This document shows positions 22,177 through 54,012 of a DNA stretch of 64,000 nt, piece after piece. Location: NCBI RefSeq assembly GCF_009914755.1, contig NC_060929.1. One strand, given 5' to 3'. The first letter of the stretch is position 1, and each line of letters begins with the position of its first letter. The notes under the pieces are model-generated. The model searched no databases, was not told where the DNA came from, and saw only the letters and a program-made list of their open reading frames with translations. Origin of the DNA: the human T2T-CHM13v2.0 reference genome, Homo sapiens. Position numbers and translations under genes: made by a program.

Positions 22177-22466
<290 letters not shown>

Positions 22467-22579
22467 TGAGCCACCCCACCCGGCCAAGAATAGTTACTCT
22501 TTAAGATGCAATGTTTTGCCGGGTGCAGTGGCTCACGCCTGTAATCCCAGCACTTTGGGAGGGCGAGGCGGGTGGATCA

Positions 22580-22865
<286 letters not shown>

Positions 22866-23418
22866 TTATAGTTATTAACAAGAATGCAGCAGATAAGCAG
22901 GAAAAAAATCCCCATTCAGAAGATAAAGAACTATTCTGCCACTACATATTCATTAGAACCACACTACTGATGTTTTCCTTCACCAAGTTTTAAAAATATC
23001 CCATGTAGGTGAAGAGAAATGTCAAAGTTATGTTCTGAACCAAATAACATGCCATTAACCCTGGGCTCTGTAAGTTCCAGGACGTTTACAAGTGATACGA
23101 AAGCTACAGACATGCTCTCATTAATGTATGAGGACTGACTTGTATGGCCATCACATCCATGGAGAGCAGCTGACAGTCACACCATGTAATATCCAGTATT
23201 TAATAAATCCCAAATCCCAGTACAACATGGGATCTTACAGTGTGTAACTGAGAGTGAGTCCTTAACCACCTTTCTTCAGGAGAAGTATCCTAAACATTTG
23301 AATACTTAATAAATAGAGTTAACACACCATCTGTAGAATAGTGATACCTAAATATTATTGACAATTTCTTTTTTGCAAAATGTTGATTAACCAAATCAGA
23401 ACACAGAATTATCTAAAT

Positions 23419-23600
23419 CAATGCTATCCAGTAGAATTTTCTGTGACAATGAAAATGCTCCTTATGCTGCTCAATTCAGCAACCACTAACATGACTACTG
23501 AGCACTTGAAATAAGACTAGTGTAACTGAGAAATGTAATTTTAAATGTTATTTAATTTTAATTAATTCAAAACCCATATTTGGCTATTATAGTAGCACGA
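23419..23600 (+). mobile_element. MER3-like hAT-Charlie DNA transposon fossil
   Basis: gctatccagtagaattttctgtga...tgagcacttgaaat...actgag...ttatttaattttaattaatt resembles MER3 consensus as recalled. Confidence 0.7.
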
Positions 23601-23953
23601 CTCTAAACACTAAAAGCTAATGGCAACCTGAAAATCTCCAGCACTAACTCTCAACCCTCTACAACCAGTCCAACATCTATCACAATGTTCTTTCCTTACC
23701 CTCCTCTCTCAAACCCAATCACTTGTGTCTTACTCTCACTCTCATCCAAGTCTTTTCTCAACACATGGTTACCAACAGCCCCCCTACACCCACTCAGGGT
23801 GCCTTCTGCCCTTCACAATTCTCCACTCTACTCCAGCCAAAGGGCTTTTCACAAATCGACACATGACCATGTTACTATCCTCAACTCCTCTGGGGTTTGT
23901 ATTCACTTATCTAGGGAGAGACACCAAATCCCAAATCTATAAAGCCTCTAGCC

Positions 23954-24130
23954 CAAGGGTATCCAATCTTTTGGCTTCCTTGGGCCACACATAAAATACA
24001 TTAACACTAACAATAGCTGATGAGCTTAAAACAAAAACAAAAAACAAAACCCTCAGTATTTTAAGAAAGTTTACAAATTTGTGTTGGGCCACATTCAAAG
24101 CCATTCTAGGCTGCAGGTTGGACAAGCCTG
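23954..24130 (+). mobile_element. MER30 hAT-Charlie MITE with intact 8-bp TSD ctctagcc
   Basis: Termini caagggtatccaa/ttggacaagcctg; internal gggccacacataaaataca...aagaaagtttac; TSD at 23946-23953 and 24131-24138. Confidence 0.85.
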
Positions 24131-24661
24131 CTCTAGCCTCATTTTCCATGCCCACCAACAACCGACCCCAATCTTCACTCTGCCCTTTTGGCCACTCTGG
24201 CCCTTTCTCAGGTCTTCACCTGAGAGCCTTACTCTTAACCCATTACACATGCCCATTTATCTTTTTCTGATAAACTCATCTCTCAGATGCTATTCTTGTT
24301 ATGCTGAACACCTCTCTCAGGTACCTTCTTAGATTATTTTTATTATTTTTATTTTTCATTTTTATTTTTTGAGACAGAGTCTCATTCAGTCACCCAGACT
24401 GGACTGCAGTGGTGCCATCTGGGCTCACTGCAACCTCTGCCTCCTGGGTTCAAGCGATTCTCCTGCCTCAGCCTACTGAGTAGCTGGGATTACAGGCACC
24501 TGCAACCACACTTGGCTAATTTTTGTATTTTTAGTAGAGACACGGTTTCACCGTGTTGGCGAGGCTGGTCTGGAACTCCTGACCTCAAGTGATTCACCTG
24601 CCTTGGCCTCCCAAAGTGCTGAGATTACAGATGTGAGCCACTGCGTGCGGCCCCTTCTTAG

Positions 24662-24805
<144 letters not shown>

Positions 24806-25983
24806 TAGTGCACCACGCCCAGCTAGTTTTGTAGAGACGGGGGTTCTCACTATTTTGCCCAGGCTGGTCCCCAATTCCTGAGCTCAAGTGATATTCCTGC
24901 CCTGGCCACCCAAAGTGAGGCCCCTTCTTAAATTGTAACTGCATTTTTACCACTTGTTACATTAATAGTAACTTACATTTAGAGTATTCACAATTTCCTA
25001 TGTTTTCCTAAGCATGTAATATTTATGAACTTGGTAATGCTCACAACTCTTAGGGGAAGAGTACCACTATTATCCTTGTTTTGTAGATAAGTAACAGTAA
25101 TGTTAATTCATCCAAGATCACCAATTAATAAGCAATACAAGGGGGACTTGAACCCCAGCAGAATGCTTGCAGAACCACCCTTAACCTTTACTTTGTATCA
25201 CTTCTAGTTTAACGTTTACTAATCTGTTCTAATTAATGTCCATCTTTCCAAACCACAATATAATCTGCATGAGGGTAATAAACGCTAAGAATTTATTCTA
25301 TAGATTTAAAATCACCTATGCAAAACTGAATGTGTAAGGATGCTCAATACATCTTGCTATAATAAACACTGGAAAACAATCAAAATGTCTATCAATAGGA
25401 TGCAGCCACACTAATTAAAACCAACCAATCTCTTCCAACACCTCGCATCCCCTACCCCAAATGTCAAATCCCTGGGAAGAATTATCTTCTGGCAGTGCCA
25501 GGTATTTCAACCTCAACCCTAACCAACGTTGCAATGTTCTGCCACTCCATGATAGCAGGGGCAAAGTAACATCAGCAAGACCATGGATGCGTGTGTATAA
25601 CTATGTCACTCCTCACAGCCACTTAAAAAAAAAAATCCAGGTTTGAGGGGAAGGTTCATTAGCAGCAACCACAGTGACAACCATCATAAATACCTCTTCC
25701 CTTGTGGGTGATCAAAATAAAGGTGTCACCGCTCTGCTTTTCCTGCTGTCACCCAAGACACCGGAAATAGATCTGCTGCTTTCTATCTTCATGGGTCTCT
25801 AACACAGATCTAAAATGGTTTATATAATTCTATTCTTGGTGGTGAAGACAAGTTTCACCTCTCAGAACTGGAGCTAACCAAACTGACAAAGAGGCTGTGT
25901 AAATCTGATGCTCACAGACGGAAACTTGCACAAGCTTCAGCTCTTTTTCTAGACTGGTGATTCAAATTATTGTCATTTTTTGA

Positions 25984-26073
<90 letters not shown>

Positions 26074-26846
26074 TAGCCTCTGGAGTGGCTGGGACCACAG
26101 TTGTATAGACTATGACCAGCTAATTTTTCAAATTATTAAGTGAGAGACAATTAGCCGGGCTCAGTGGCTCACGCCCATTATCCCAGCACTTTGGGAGGCC
26201 GAGGCAGGTCAATCACCTGAGGTCAGGAGTCCAAGGACCAACCTGGCCAACATGGCAGAACCCTGTCTGTACTATAAATACAAAAATTAGCCAGGCATGG
26301 TGGTGCACACCTGTAATCCCAGCTACTTGGGAGGTCGAGGCAGGAGAAATCACTTGAACCCAGGAGGCAGAGGTTGCGGTGAGCCAAGATCACGCCATTG
26401 CACTGTAGCCTGGGCAACAGGAGCAAAACTCTGTCTCAAAAAAAAAAAAAAAAAAAAAAAAAGACACTCAGAGACTCTCCAATTCACAAGGAGAGAGGTT
26501 ATTTAATATTGTCAGTTAAGACAGCAGTTTTTCCAAGCTAGTAATTCTAGTTTTAAACACTGCCAGAGCAGGTTTTAAAATAAATGTCTTTAACTGAAAG
26601 GCAAACAAGTACACCCAGCACATCATTCACACATTATTTAGCTCCAGTATATGTAACTGATTTGAGTGGCTAAAAAAATTTCAGCTCATAAAGAAACTAA
26701 AGACCTTACTGTCCCTGTGCTCATGGCAAAGGTCTCTAGAAACCAGAAAACTGAAAAAACAAACAAACAAAAAAAACTCAACTGACATTAGGCCAATTAG
26801 AAAATACTATTTATTTTAAATAAGCTCCGGCTGAAAATATCCATCA

Positions 26847-26966
<120 letters not shown>

Positions 26967-27230
26967 CTATAAAGTGAAGACATTGAACACCAAACACCAG
27001 CATTAGTGAGGTGATAAATAAACTGCAGTAATAAGGTGGAACAACACAAAATGGAGTCATACCTTTATATATAAGCATGAATTACTTTTTATTACCCTTA
27101 ATGTGTAGGGAAAAAAAATATTCTGAAAAGAGTATCTGTGTCTAGAATAAGGGGGTTGAACTGAACTCGTAAACAAAGCAAAGAGCAATCTGAACAAAGA
27201 ATTTCTCAATATCCCAACGTCTACATATTA

Positions 27231-27461
<231 letters not shown>

Positions 27462-27700
27462 CTATCACCAGGATATAAATTTCAATAACCAAATACAGAT
27501 AATCTAAGCTATTTCCCTGAGATATGTACTAGTTAAATTACCATGGCCCAAAAGAAAAGAAAAGAATGGTTTTGAAATGAAAAAACAAAGACAATACAGA
27601 CTTAAAATCAGTAAAAGCACTGTAAAAGGCTCAATTACTAAGAAATTAAGTGACACTTTAGTTTCACACATCCAGGTGAGAAATTTACTGCACAAACTTA

Positions 27701-27808
<108 letters not shown>

Positions 27809-27862
27809 CTAGAGAAAACAAAGAGAAAAACATTTTTGTACCCTTCCATCCCAGGCACCTTA

Positions 27863-28003
<141 letters not shown>

Positions 28004-28325
28004 TCAGAACAGAATTATTAATATAGCCCAACAACCTGTGTCATCCTTTTGCAGCCACAGACAACATTCTTCAGTCTTTTGGTAAGTGACCTAATATGTC
28101 CTTGCAGGAAACACTCCAAGTAAATACACTGGTTAAAAACCCAAGATCAGGCCGGGCACGGTGGCTCACACTCGTAATCCCAGCACTTTGGGAGGCTGAG
28201 GCGGGCAGATCACCTAAGGTTGAGAGTTTTGAGACCAGCCTAACCAATATGGAGAAACCCCATCTCTACTAAAAATACAAAATTATTCAGGCATGGTGGC
28301 GCATGCCTGTCATTTCAGCTACTCA

Positions 28326-28430
<105 letters not shown>

Positions 28431-29160
28431 TCAAAACAAACAAACAAACCCAAGATCGGCCGGCCAGGCACGGTGGCTCATGCCTGTAATCCCAGCACTC
28501 TGAGAGGCTGAGGCGGATGAATCACCTGATTTGTCGGGAGTTGGAGACCAGCCTGACCAACATGAAGAAACCCCCATCTCTTTACTAAAAACACAAAAGT
28601 GGCTAGGCATGATGGCGCATGCCTGTAATCCCAGCTACGTTGGGGGGGAGGGAGAGGGCAGGATAATCGCTTGAACCCGGGAGGCGGAGGCTTTGGTGAG
28701 CCGAGATTGTGCCACTGCACTCCAGCCTGGGCAACAAGAGTGAAACTCTGTCTCAAAAAACAACAACAAAAAAACCCCAAAAAACAGAAACCCCTAAGAT
28801 CACTCTTTCAACATTTTAGTGAAGGTTCACTAAACTACAATGACCTTTAGACTTACAACAGCCACTTCAAATAGGAAGTTCTAATTTATACCTAACAGGG
28901 ACAAAAGCTTAATGTGTAGTCTTGTGGCTTTCAATATAGAACATTACCCCCTACTGGAAAAAAAGAAACAAGCCAGCCACCATTAGTGAGATTTGAAGAT
29001 TAATTCAATCTGCAGGGAAAGCATGAAGTATAACACAGTTTTGCCATTCCTAGTTTTTCTATACAAAAGGGACCACAGATTCATCTACAGGAGCTGGAGC
29101 ACAGGGAGCTAGTGATCTCACAGGAATCATTGTTCTTAGAACTTTCCCAGATGTGAACTA

Positions 29161-29340
<180 letters not shown>

Positions 29341-29574
29341 TTACCATGACAAAATTACCACATACCATGAACATCCATCTTCCACCCCAAGAGACTCATT
29401 CATGGCCAACAAATGACAGTTTGTGAAATTCTTTAGAAAGCAATCACTAACATGGTTTATGAGAATTACAAGGCAAAATGAAATAAATAAATAAAAAGAA
29501 AGCAATCACTAACATATAAAAACATTATGATGAAACCTCAACATTCTTTATTTAGCGCCCCAGGCAGAAGATTT

Positions 29575-29945
29575 TTGCAGCCACTTTAGAATAATTTGAT
29601 GAAACCGTTACTGTATGATCCAGCAATTCTACTCTCTAAGACAAATGGAAATATTTATGTCCACACAAAAACTTGTACACAAATGTTTATGGCAGCATTA
29701 TTTCTAATAGCCAAAAAGCAGAAACAGCTCAAATGTCCATCACTTGACAAATGGATAAACAAAATGTGCTGTATGTCCATACAGTATAGTATTATTTGGC
29801 CATAAAAAGGAATGCAGTACTGACACATGCTACAACATGGATGAACCTTGAAAACATGCTAAGTGAAAGAAGCCAGTCAGAGGTCCACGCAACTCCATGC
29901 ATACAGAATTCATATTCTACTCAAGCTCAATAAAGCTGTTTAAAT
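29575..29945 (+). mobile_element. Old L1 (L1M-type) 3' fragment
   Basis: tatgatccagcaatt...atgtccacacaaaaacttgtacacaaatgttt...aaatggataaacaaaatgtg...acatggatgaaccttgaaaacat, typical L1MB ORF2 end/3'UTR. Confidence 0.85.
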
Positions 29946-30427
29946 TTTTAAAAATATTTAATTTATATATATATAGACAGAGACACACACAGTCTTGCCT
30001 TGTGGGCCTAGATGGTCTTAAACTCAGCCTCAGACAGTCTTTCCACCTCTGCCTCCTAAAGTGCTAGGATTACAGACATGAGCCACTGCTCTAGGCCTAA
30101 AACATTTTGTATACAACAGGAAACTCTACCTATGCTTCTAGTTTTTTTTTTTTTTGAGACAGGGTTTCACTGCTATTACTCAGACTGGAGTGCAATGGCA
30201 TGATCTCAGCTCACTGGAACCTCCGCCCCTCAACGCTCAAGCCTCACTAGTAGCTGGGACTATAGGCGCGCACCACCGAGCTTGGCTCTTTTTTGTATTT
30301 TTTGCAGAGGTGGCTTTTCCCCAAGTTGTCCAGGCTGGTCTCGAACTCCTGAGCTCACCTCAGCCTCCCAAAGTGTTAGGATTACAGGTGTGAGTCACCC
30401 CACCGAGCCTCTAGTATGTCTATTTTA

Positions 30428-30655
<228 letters not shown>

Positions 30656-30835
30656 CTATGTGGTTTAGGAATGCTTTGCAAATTTTCATGTATCATGTCA
30701 ATACATAGCAAAGACCTAATCTGTAAAGACAAAAATGAATTTTTTTCTTTTGAGACAGAGTCTCAGCAGCCCAGGCTGGAGTGCAGTGGCAGTGATCTCG
30801 GCTCACCGCAACCACCGTCTCCCGGGTTCAAGTGA

Positions 30836-31033
<198 letters not shown>

Positions 31034-31203
31034 TGAATTTTTTAAAGGGATTACCCTTTTGGCAGTGGTACAGATTTCCCCTAGGGACAATAAGTAAAAT
31101 TACTAAAGTAAGGTGCTCCAGGGATCCTCATCAACATGCTGAGGCTCTTCTGTGTGGCCCTTGCAAATAACTGCTTTTTGCAAAAAACTTTTGCTGTTAC
31201 TCA

Positions 31204-31656
<453 letters not shown>

Positions 31657-32231
31657 TGACCTCAGGTGATCTGCCCGCCTCAGCCTCCCGAAGTGTTGCG
31701 ATACAGGCATGAGCCAATACGCCCAGCCTATTACTGGTATGTTTGCAGCAATCATTTAAGACACAGAAACAGCTCCCAAATTGCGAAACAAATGCACATC
31801 AACAATACTACCGGGCATGCTTTACTGCTGATAGTTAATGAACAGTAGATATTTAGTTAAGGTATCTTTAGCCCTTTACTTTCAAACTACTATTTTTTTT
31901 TTTTTTTTGAGAGGGAGTCTCGCTCTTGTCACCCAGACTGGAGTGCAGTGGCGCGATCTCGGCTCACTGCAAACTCCCTGTCCTGGGTTCAATTCTCCTA
32001 CTTCAGCCTCCTGAGTAGCTGGGATTACAGGTGCCTGCCACCACACCCAACTAATTTTGTGTGTGTGTGTGTGTGTGTGTGTACTTTTAGTAGAGATGGG
32101 GTTTTGCCAAGTTGGCCAGGCTGGTCTCGAACTCCTGACCTCAGGCGATCCGCCCACCTTGGCCTCCCAAAATGCTGGGATTACAGGCTTGAGGCACTGC
32201 GCCTGGCTTTTTTTTTTTTTTTTTTTTTTGA

Positions 32232-32414
<183 letters not shown>

Positions 32415-33146
32415 TGATCTTCAACTCCCACACTCAAGTGGCCTCCCCAAGTGTTGGGATTACAGGCATGACCCACCAGGCCTGGCCCTGATTTACATTT
32501 TAAAAACTGCTTTGGTTGCTTAAGACTCTTGTCAGGTGAACCTTTGTAGTGCTGATAATTGTATGTATCTAACTTCCCAGAAAAGGATTTAAATGTGGTA
32601 TAGAGGTAGGACTACTAATTTACTATTAAGAGGGGTGGGAATGGCTTGCACTGTTTGGTTACTCTGGTAACCACCAAAGTGCTGCATTTTCTAAATTGAA
32701 ACAAAGTTGGGTGTGCAGAGACAGACTAGAAGTGGAGCTTCATCTCTGAAGTAATGCATGTTGTTCATTGGAGCAGGCTATTTCTTTTGAAGCCTCCTTA
32801 CTCTGTACATGCAACCTTTATTCCCACCGGGTTCTTAGCAAGATTTAGAACACCTGGAATTCTTGACTCTTGCTTCTTCCATTCATGGCCTCTTTTGCTT
32901 TCATACTTCCTTTCCCCCCAATCTCCTCTTCTGAAATAACCTGAACTGTCTATGGTCTTCTTATCCCACTTGTTTGGCACCAAGAGATTATTCCTTCTCT
33001 TGGCCCTAATTTGGGCTTCTTGGCATTTTTCCTATATGCCTGATATCTGTGGCCAACCCCCCAAAAAACTTAGAAGTAGATATAATTCTCCATGTGGAAG
33101 TAAAGATTCTTGTCCCAACATTGGGTATGAAAAACCTGATCTATAG

Positions 33147-33374
<228 letters not shown>

Positions 33375-33993
33375 TGACCTTGTGATCCACCCGCCTTGGC
33401 CTCCCAAAGTGCTAGGATTTCAGGTGTGAGCCACTGTACCCGGCCAATTTTTTGCATTTTTAGTAGAGACGGGGTTTCACCATTTTGGCCGGGCTGGTCT
33501 TGAACTTGGGACCTCAGGTAATCCACCCCCCTTGGCCTCCCAAAGTGCTGGGACTGCAGGCGTGAGCCATTATGCCCGGTCAGCCCTGATCTATAGTTAT
33601 GTTTTTGCTGTTTTAGTTGGAAGTACTTCCAGGCCAGGCTTAGTGGTTCACATCTGTAATCCCAGCACTTTGGAGGCCAACGTGGGCGGATCACTTGAGC
33701 TCAAGACCAGCCTGGCCAACACAGTGGAACTGTCTCTACTGAAAATACAAAAAATTAGCCAGGAATGGTGGTTCATGCCTGTAATCCCAGCTATGTGGCC
33801 AAGGCAGGAGAACTGTTTGAACCCAGGAGGCAGAGGTTGCAGTGAGCGGAGACCGTGCCACTGCACTCCACCATGGGCTATAGAGACTGTCTCCAAAAAA
33901 AAAAAAAAAAAAAAAAAGCGCAAATCAGGTTCTCAAATTCCTTAACTAAGGAAAAGAGCACAGAATTCTGGACAGATTCTGGATAAGGTACTA

Positions 33994-34110
<117 letters not shown>

Positions 34111-34313
34111 TTAGAACAGTGTCACAGCTATTGTTATCTTGATAGACCAAAGTCACTGGAAGATAATATTTAATTGGAAAATTAACAGTGGTATACTACA
34201 TAATCTCTAAATAAATACAGATAAATAATTACAGAGAATAATCACAAATGTAGAAAACACTGCTTTGAAGTTTAATATGTATTCCCTCTCAAAGGAAATG
34301 ATATTATACTTAC

Positions 34314-34372
34314 GCATAATCCCGCCTTGAAACAAGTCTAAAAGCCTCATGACTAAGGCCATTCCAGCTATC
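34314..34372 (-). CDS. HSPA9: HSPA9 exon 2
   Basis: DSWNGLSHEAFRLVSRRDY(A); AG/GTAAG boundaries. Confidence 0.96.
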
Positions 34373-34554
34373 CTAAAAAAGAAAAAACTGACTCAGTCAC
34401 CAACCAGTGTGTATCCTGGGAGGAAAAAGAGAAAACTTGGGCTCACTTAGTATATAAAATACATTAAGCTACTAAAACAGTAAATATTAAAGTTTCCCAA
34501 ATAAGTAAGACGAAAAAAGGTAAATAAAAGATGGCCTTAGAATCACATTACAGT

Positions 34555-34750
34555 AGGATTTCTCAACCGTGGCGCTATTAATTTTGGGCGAAATTTTTGT
34601 GGTGGGGGCTGTTCTGTGCATTGTAGGATATACAGCAGCATCCCTGGCCTCGACACCCTAGAAACCAATAAGCACCCCAGTAAGTTAGTGACAACCTAAA
34701 ATATCCACAGACATTGCCAGATGTCCCCTGGGGGAAAACACTTCCCCTTA
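34555..34750 (-). mobile_element. MER20 DNA transposon in HSPA9 intron 1
   Basis: Reverse complement resembles MER20: ccaggggacatctggcaatgtctg...gaggccagggatgctgctg...atcctacaatgcacag...gttgagaaa. Confidence 0.85.
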
Positions 34751-35259
34751 CCTTGCCGTGCAATTAGTTTAAAAGAACTAGAGTTACTAAGGGTCTTTGA
34801 AAGAAAAAAGAAAAGTAGTGGCGTTTCACTAGGATAAAAGACCTTTATTACAACTTAACCTCAGGCTCCTTCCAAGCCTTCCTTAATGCCCACATACAAT
34901 TCCTGTTCTCTAAAGCATTTGTCTTTTATTTTAGAAAACAAGTAACCACTCCATAGCCTTTTCTCCGCCCCACGATCTGCTTTTTTTTCTGAAGTAACAA
35001 ACGAGTACAATCTTACACCACAGATTTTGAGAAAATGTTGCTAAGCACGAAAACTGGAGTTCCGACTCAGAGCTTTCTTATTTTATTTCACCGTATCAAC
35101 GGGATCCTTACACACTCTGTATTCTGTAGAGGAGCCAAAAATAAAACTGAAAATAGTGGCTTTCCCAATAGACTGCATCCCTCACCCCCAAGGCCAAACC
35201 TTTCCATTCAGCCACAGAACAGGCCATCAGGACCACTACCTGGTAATTTTGAAATGACA

Positions 35260-36250
<991 letters not shown>

Positions 36251-36420
36251 CCGCCCGTTGTTCACAACTTGAAAGACACTTGGATATGCAGACAGACGTT
36301 AAACAATTTCGTGTTGCGTTTTATCACAGGGGTCTTGGGTTTCCAACTACGAAGCGTTTGATTCACACAGAACATTAGGCCAATTAGCCTGCACAAAGGG
36401 AAAAAAAAATAGCTGAGCTT

Positions 36421-39595
<3,175 letters not shown>

Positions 39596-41906
39596 TTATC
39601 TAAGGGTGTAGGAAACTACGATCCTATGGGTACATCCAGTGTGTTTGCTGTTTCTGGTGGTTTCTCAGGCGCCTTGCAAATACTCTCCACGACCACAAGG
39701 GGGATGTGGTAGCGCTAGATATTCAAAGCACAAGCTTTATCATATCTTCAGCGTGAAGGACAGGCTACTGGACTGCTTTGCAAATTAACATGGGCTACAG
39801 CCTGAAGGCTCAAGGAAATGAACCTGAATCTAAAAACATAAAGGTTCAGATGAGCAAGAATGGACAGATCCGTAGCTAAATGGTATAATTCTTCTACAGC
39901 ACAGTGCTGTATTTCATTTCTGTTGTCATCTCAGTGCAAAATTGGGAAATGGAAGGAGCTAATGCATAATCTGCATGCAGATAAATGTTTACCAAACAGA
40001 GCAGGCGGCTGTCCAATACCTGTGTATGCCATACATATATATTATTCAGGAAATAATTATATATGTATAATTATTTTTTCTTTTATAGAGATAGGGTCTT
40101 GCTGTGTTGCCTAGGCTGGTCTCAAACTCCTGGCCTCAAGCAGTCCTCCTGGCTCAGCCTCCCAGAGTGCTGAGATTACAGGCGTGAGCTACAATGCCTG
40201 GCCTATATTTTTAATAATATTCTAACTGGCATGATTGTTACTTTAGCATATTTGAAGACAGGTAACTAGTTTCAACTTTTAAGTATTTAAATAACTCATT
40301 CATTAATAGGAATTGTCATTAGAAAAGTAATCACCAATAGTTGTTGAGCGTTCATTTTAAGTGCCTTACAAATGCTTTATATACATTATTTACTGACATG
40401 TTCACAACAATAGTCTCAAGTAAATATTATTGGTATTACCATTTTGCAGATGTGGAAACTGAGGCCTAGAGTGGTTACATAGCAATTGAATGGTGAAACT
40501 AGAATTTGAAGCCAAACTCTCTTAACTCCAGAACCTGCACTACTAAACACTAGGCTCTGCTGTCTAATAACCAAGCTAGGTCTTATCTTTTACCTCTACT
40601 TTCACATATCCAGAAGGTGCGTTTTATAATACTGGCCTAATACATTATTAATAGCAGTTATTTTAGGCAGCAGAATTAAAAAGTTAGAAATACTTTAACC
40701 TTTTTTAGAATTATTTAGGTTCCAGGACAACTATAAAGTTCAATCTGTATTATAACTCATAGGATCAAGTTTATATTTTTAAAGTAAAGTCTCTTTAAAC
40801 TGGTGACTCAGAAGACATTTTATTCAGTTTCCCCAAAGATGAATAGCATGCTGTGGCACTTTCCATCTTCAGGAAATAAAAATGTGGCATACTGCAGGGA
40901 TTTGTCACCTTTGTTCTCCTTGGAATTTTTCATGTACCTTTGGCAGATTTCAGGAGACAGTTCCCACTTTTCTCTTTTGGCATTAGCTATACTCTATTGG
41001 AGTGCATTACACAGTGTCGCTCCACTCAAGTCTGGTTCAACAGAGCTTGCCCCAGCAAAGTGTAGGAAGAATTATGGCAGGTGATGTCCCTGGCCCCAGA
41101 AGTGGTGACAATTAGCAAGTTTCATTCTATGGTGAATGCCTAGTAACCCACCAACCTGCCCTCTTTCTGTTAGGAGAAAAGAGAAATACAGGATGACCGT
41201 AAAAGAAAAGTAAGGCAGCAATAAATCAAAATAAGATGTCACTTTGATTAGATAGGACATTTACATTCCAGTGACAATGTAGTCTCATTGCTCAAGGTAG
41301 AAAGCAGTCAGTTATGCTCACTCTGGATTTTCAATCAGGTTTGGAAAATATTTGGCTATTGGATAGGCCAAGGCCTTGTGCAAGAAGTTCCTACTGGGAG
41401 TGGGGAGGGCTGACAAAACAAGAGATTTGCTCCTCATGAAGATCTATTTAATATTTAATTCTTAAAGATGTAGGAGCCTTTTCTGGATTTTTTAGTTTAG
41501 AGGGCCAAGTTTGTAATTTATTCTTGACCAGCATGATATAGTGTGAAAGGAACCCTGAACTAGCCGTTAAGCCTGAACTTGGGTTCTAGAAACCTGGAAA
41601 GAACCTTAGATAAAGAACAGAGAGAATCAGTGAATTGCCCAAGGTCACACAGACTGTTCCAGCTTCTGCTCTACAGCCTCCTTTTTTAACTTGCTATGCT
41701 TTTTAGAAATAACCCACATGACTTCAGGTTAAATGTTTAGTCAGTCCAGGACCTTTTTCAAATGCTTACAGACAATTCTGGCTCATCACCCTCTTCCTCC
41801 TATCCTGTCCTCACCCTTTCAGGCACATGATTAGTGAAATTACGTCAGTTGCCTTTTCAGTTCGCTTAGATTATATGCTCTCTCTATGCGAGGAGCTGTT
41901 GGTTTC

Positions 41907-42545
41907 TGCTATAGACTGAATGTGTGTGTCCCCCAAAATTTATGTGTTGAATCCCTAATTCCCAATATGATTATATTTGGAAATGGGCCTTTGGGAGGTG
42001 ATTAAATCATGAAGATGGGCCCTCATGATGGAATTAGTGCCTTTATTTATTTATTTATTTATTTATTTTTTGAGTCAGAGTCTCACTCTGTCACCCAGGC
42101 TGGAGTGCAGTGGCGATCGCAGCTCACTGCAAGCTCCGCCTCCCGGGTTCATGCCATTTTCCTGCCTCAGCCTCCCGAGTAACTGGGACTACAGGTGCCT
42201 GCCACCACGCCCGGCTAATTTTTTGTATTTTTAGTAGAGACGGGGTTTCACCATGTTAGCCAGGATGGTCTCTATCTCCTGACCTCGTGATCCACCCGCC
42301 TCAGCCTCCCAAAGTGCTGGGATTACAGGCGTGAGCCACTGCGCCCAGCCGGAATTAGTGCCTTTACAAGAGGAAACAGGAAAGATGATCTCCCCTTCCC
42401 CATGAAGAGAGCCCACACCAGAACCCACCATGCTGGCACCCTCATCTCAGACTTTCAGCCTCGGGAAGTGTAAGGAAGAACTGTCTATTGTTTAAGCCAT
42501 CCAGTCTACAATATTTTGTTGTAGCAGCCTGAGCTGACCAAGACA
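41907..42545 (+). mobile_element. MLT1A-type (MaLR) solo LTR interrupted by AluY (42043-42350, minus)
   Basis: TG...CA termini, 5-bp TSD gtttc on both sides; Alu TSD ggaattagtgccttta. Confidence 0.85.
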
Positions 42546-43574
42546 GTTTCTCAGTTTCCCCATTCCTGTTCCTCAACTGTCAAGAGAGGAAATACCCAGG
42601 TTTCCTTAGGAGATGAGAGTTTAATGGAAGACTAGTTGGGAAAGTAAAGCCATTGTCTCAATACCCATACAGCCAGAATGCTGGAAGAACAGGGACTTCT
42701 TAGTCAGGCTCCATCAGGAGCTGTAGCGGCCAGTTACCTGTTTTCTTCTTAGAAATGGATTTCTGGTGTTCTCATCTGCACTGACTCTGCCTTTTTCTAG
42801 CTCAGCCTTTTTATGTTAGCTTCTCTAATTCTTCTGCTGCAATGGTACCCAAACTTCAGTAGCAGTCAGAATTACTAGGTGGTTCTTTAAGCATGCAGAG
42901 CACTGGTATCCCACCTCTGGACATTCAGGTCTGAGATGGGTCGTGGAATCTGCATGTTTAATAGAGGGGGATTCTGTCGGTGGGGTGGAGATTAAGGACC
43001 ACGTCTTTTTAGAAATAGCCCAAACTCTGTGGTGTCTTCTTGTCTCCAAATTTTTTCATTACATGTCCCTATTAGAAAAATATTGGCGCACATACTCCCA
43101 TTATGTGTATGTTCATGTATTTATAAACTACATATGTGTATATAGTACTATTATTACAAATACATAAAAATAGAAAACAAAAATGAAAGAGATAAAATAG
43201 AAATAGATTTAAATACTTCTTTCCTGTACCCCAAAGTATCCCTGGGGCTGCTTGTACCACCCTTGCTGCCTTCCTCTGTGTGGCTTGATTACATCATCCC
43301 ATATGGAAAGCCTTGTCGGGCAGAGTAAAGGCCCAGAAAAGTGCCAAGGTGTCACATGGGTCACTGGTTTACCTTACAGGCCCAGCCTTTAGTTTAAGTG
43401 CCAATTGCTTGTTTTATTCAACTAGTGGTTGAGGGGTTGGGTGAGAGGGCTTGTGTGTGTGTGTGCCATGACCTGAAGCAAGCCAGTTTACCTGGAAGGA
43501 TCGCTTTGACGAGTTCTTCAAGGGAAAAGGGGATCTGCTTGCATAAGGGTCTCATGAACACCTCTCTTCCATAA

Positions 43575-54012
<10,438 letters not shown>

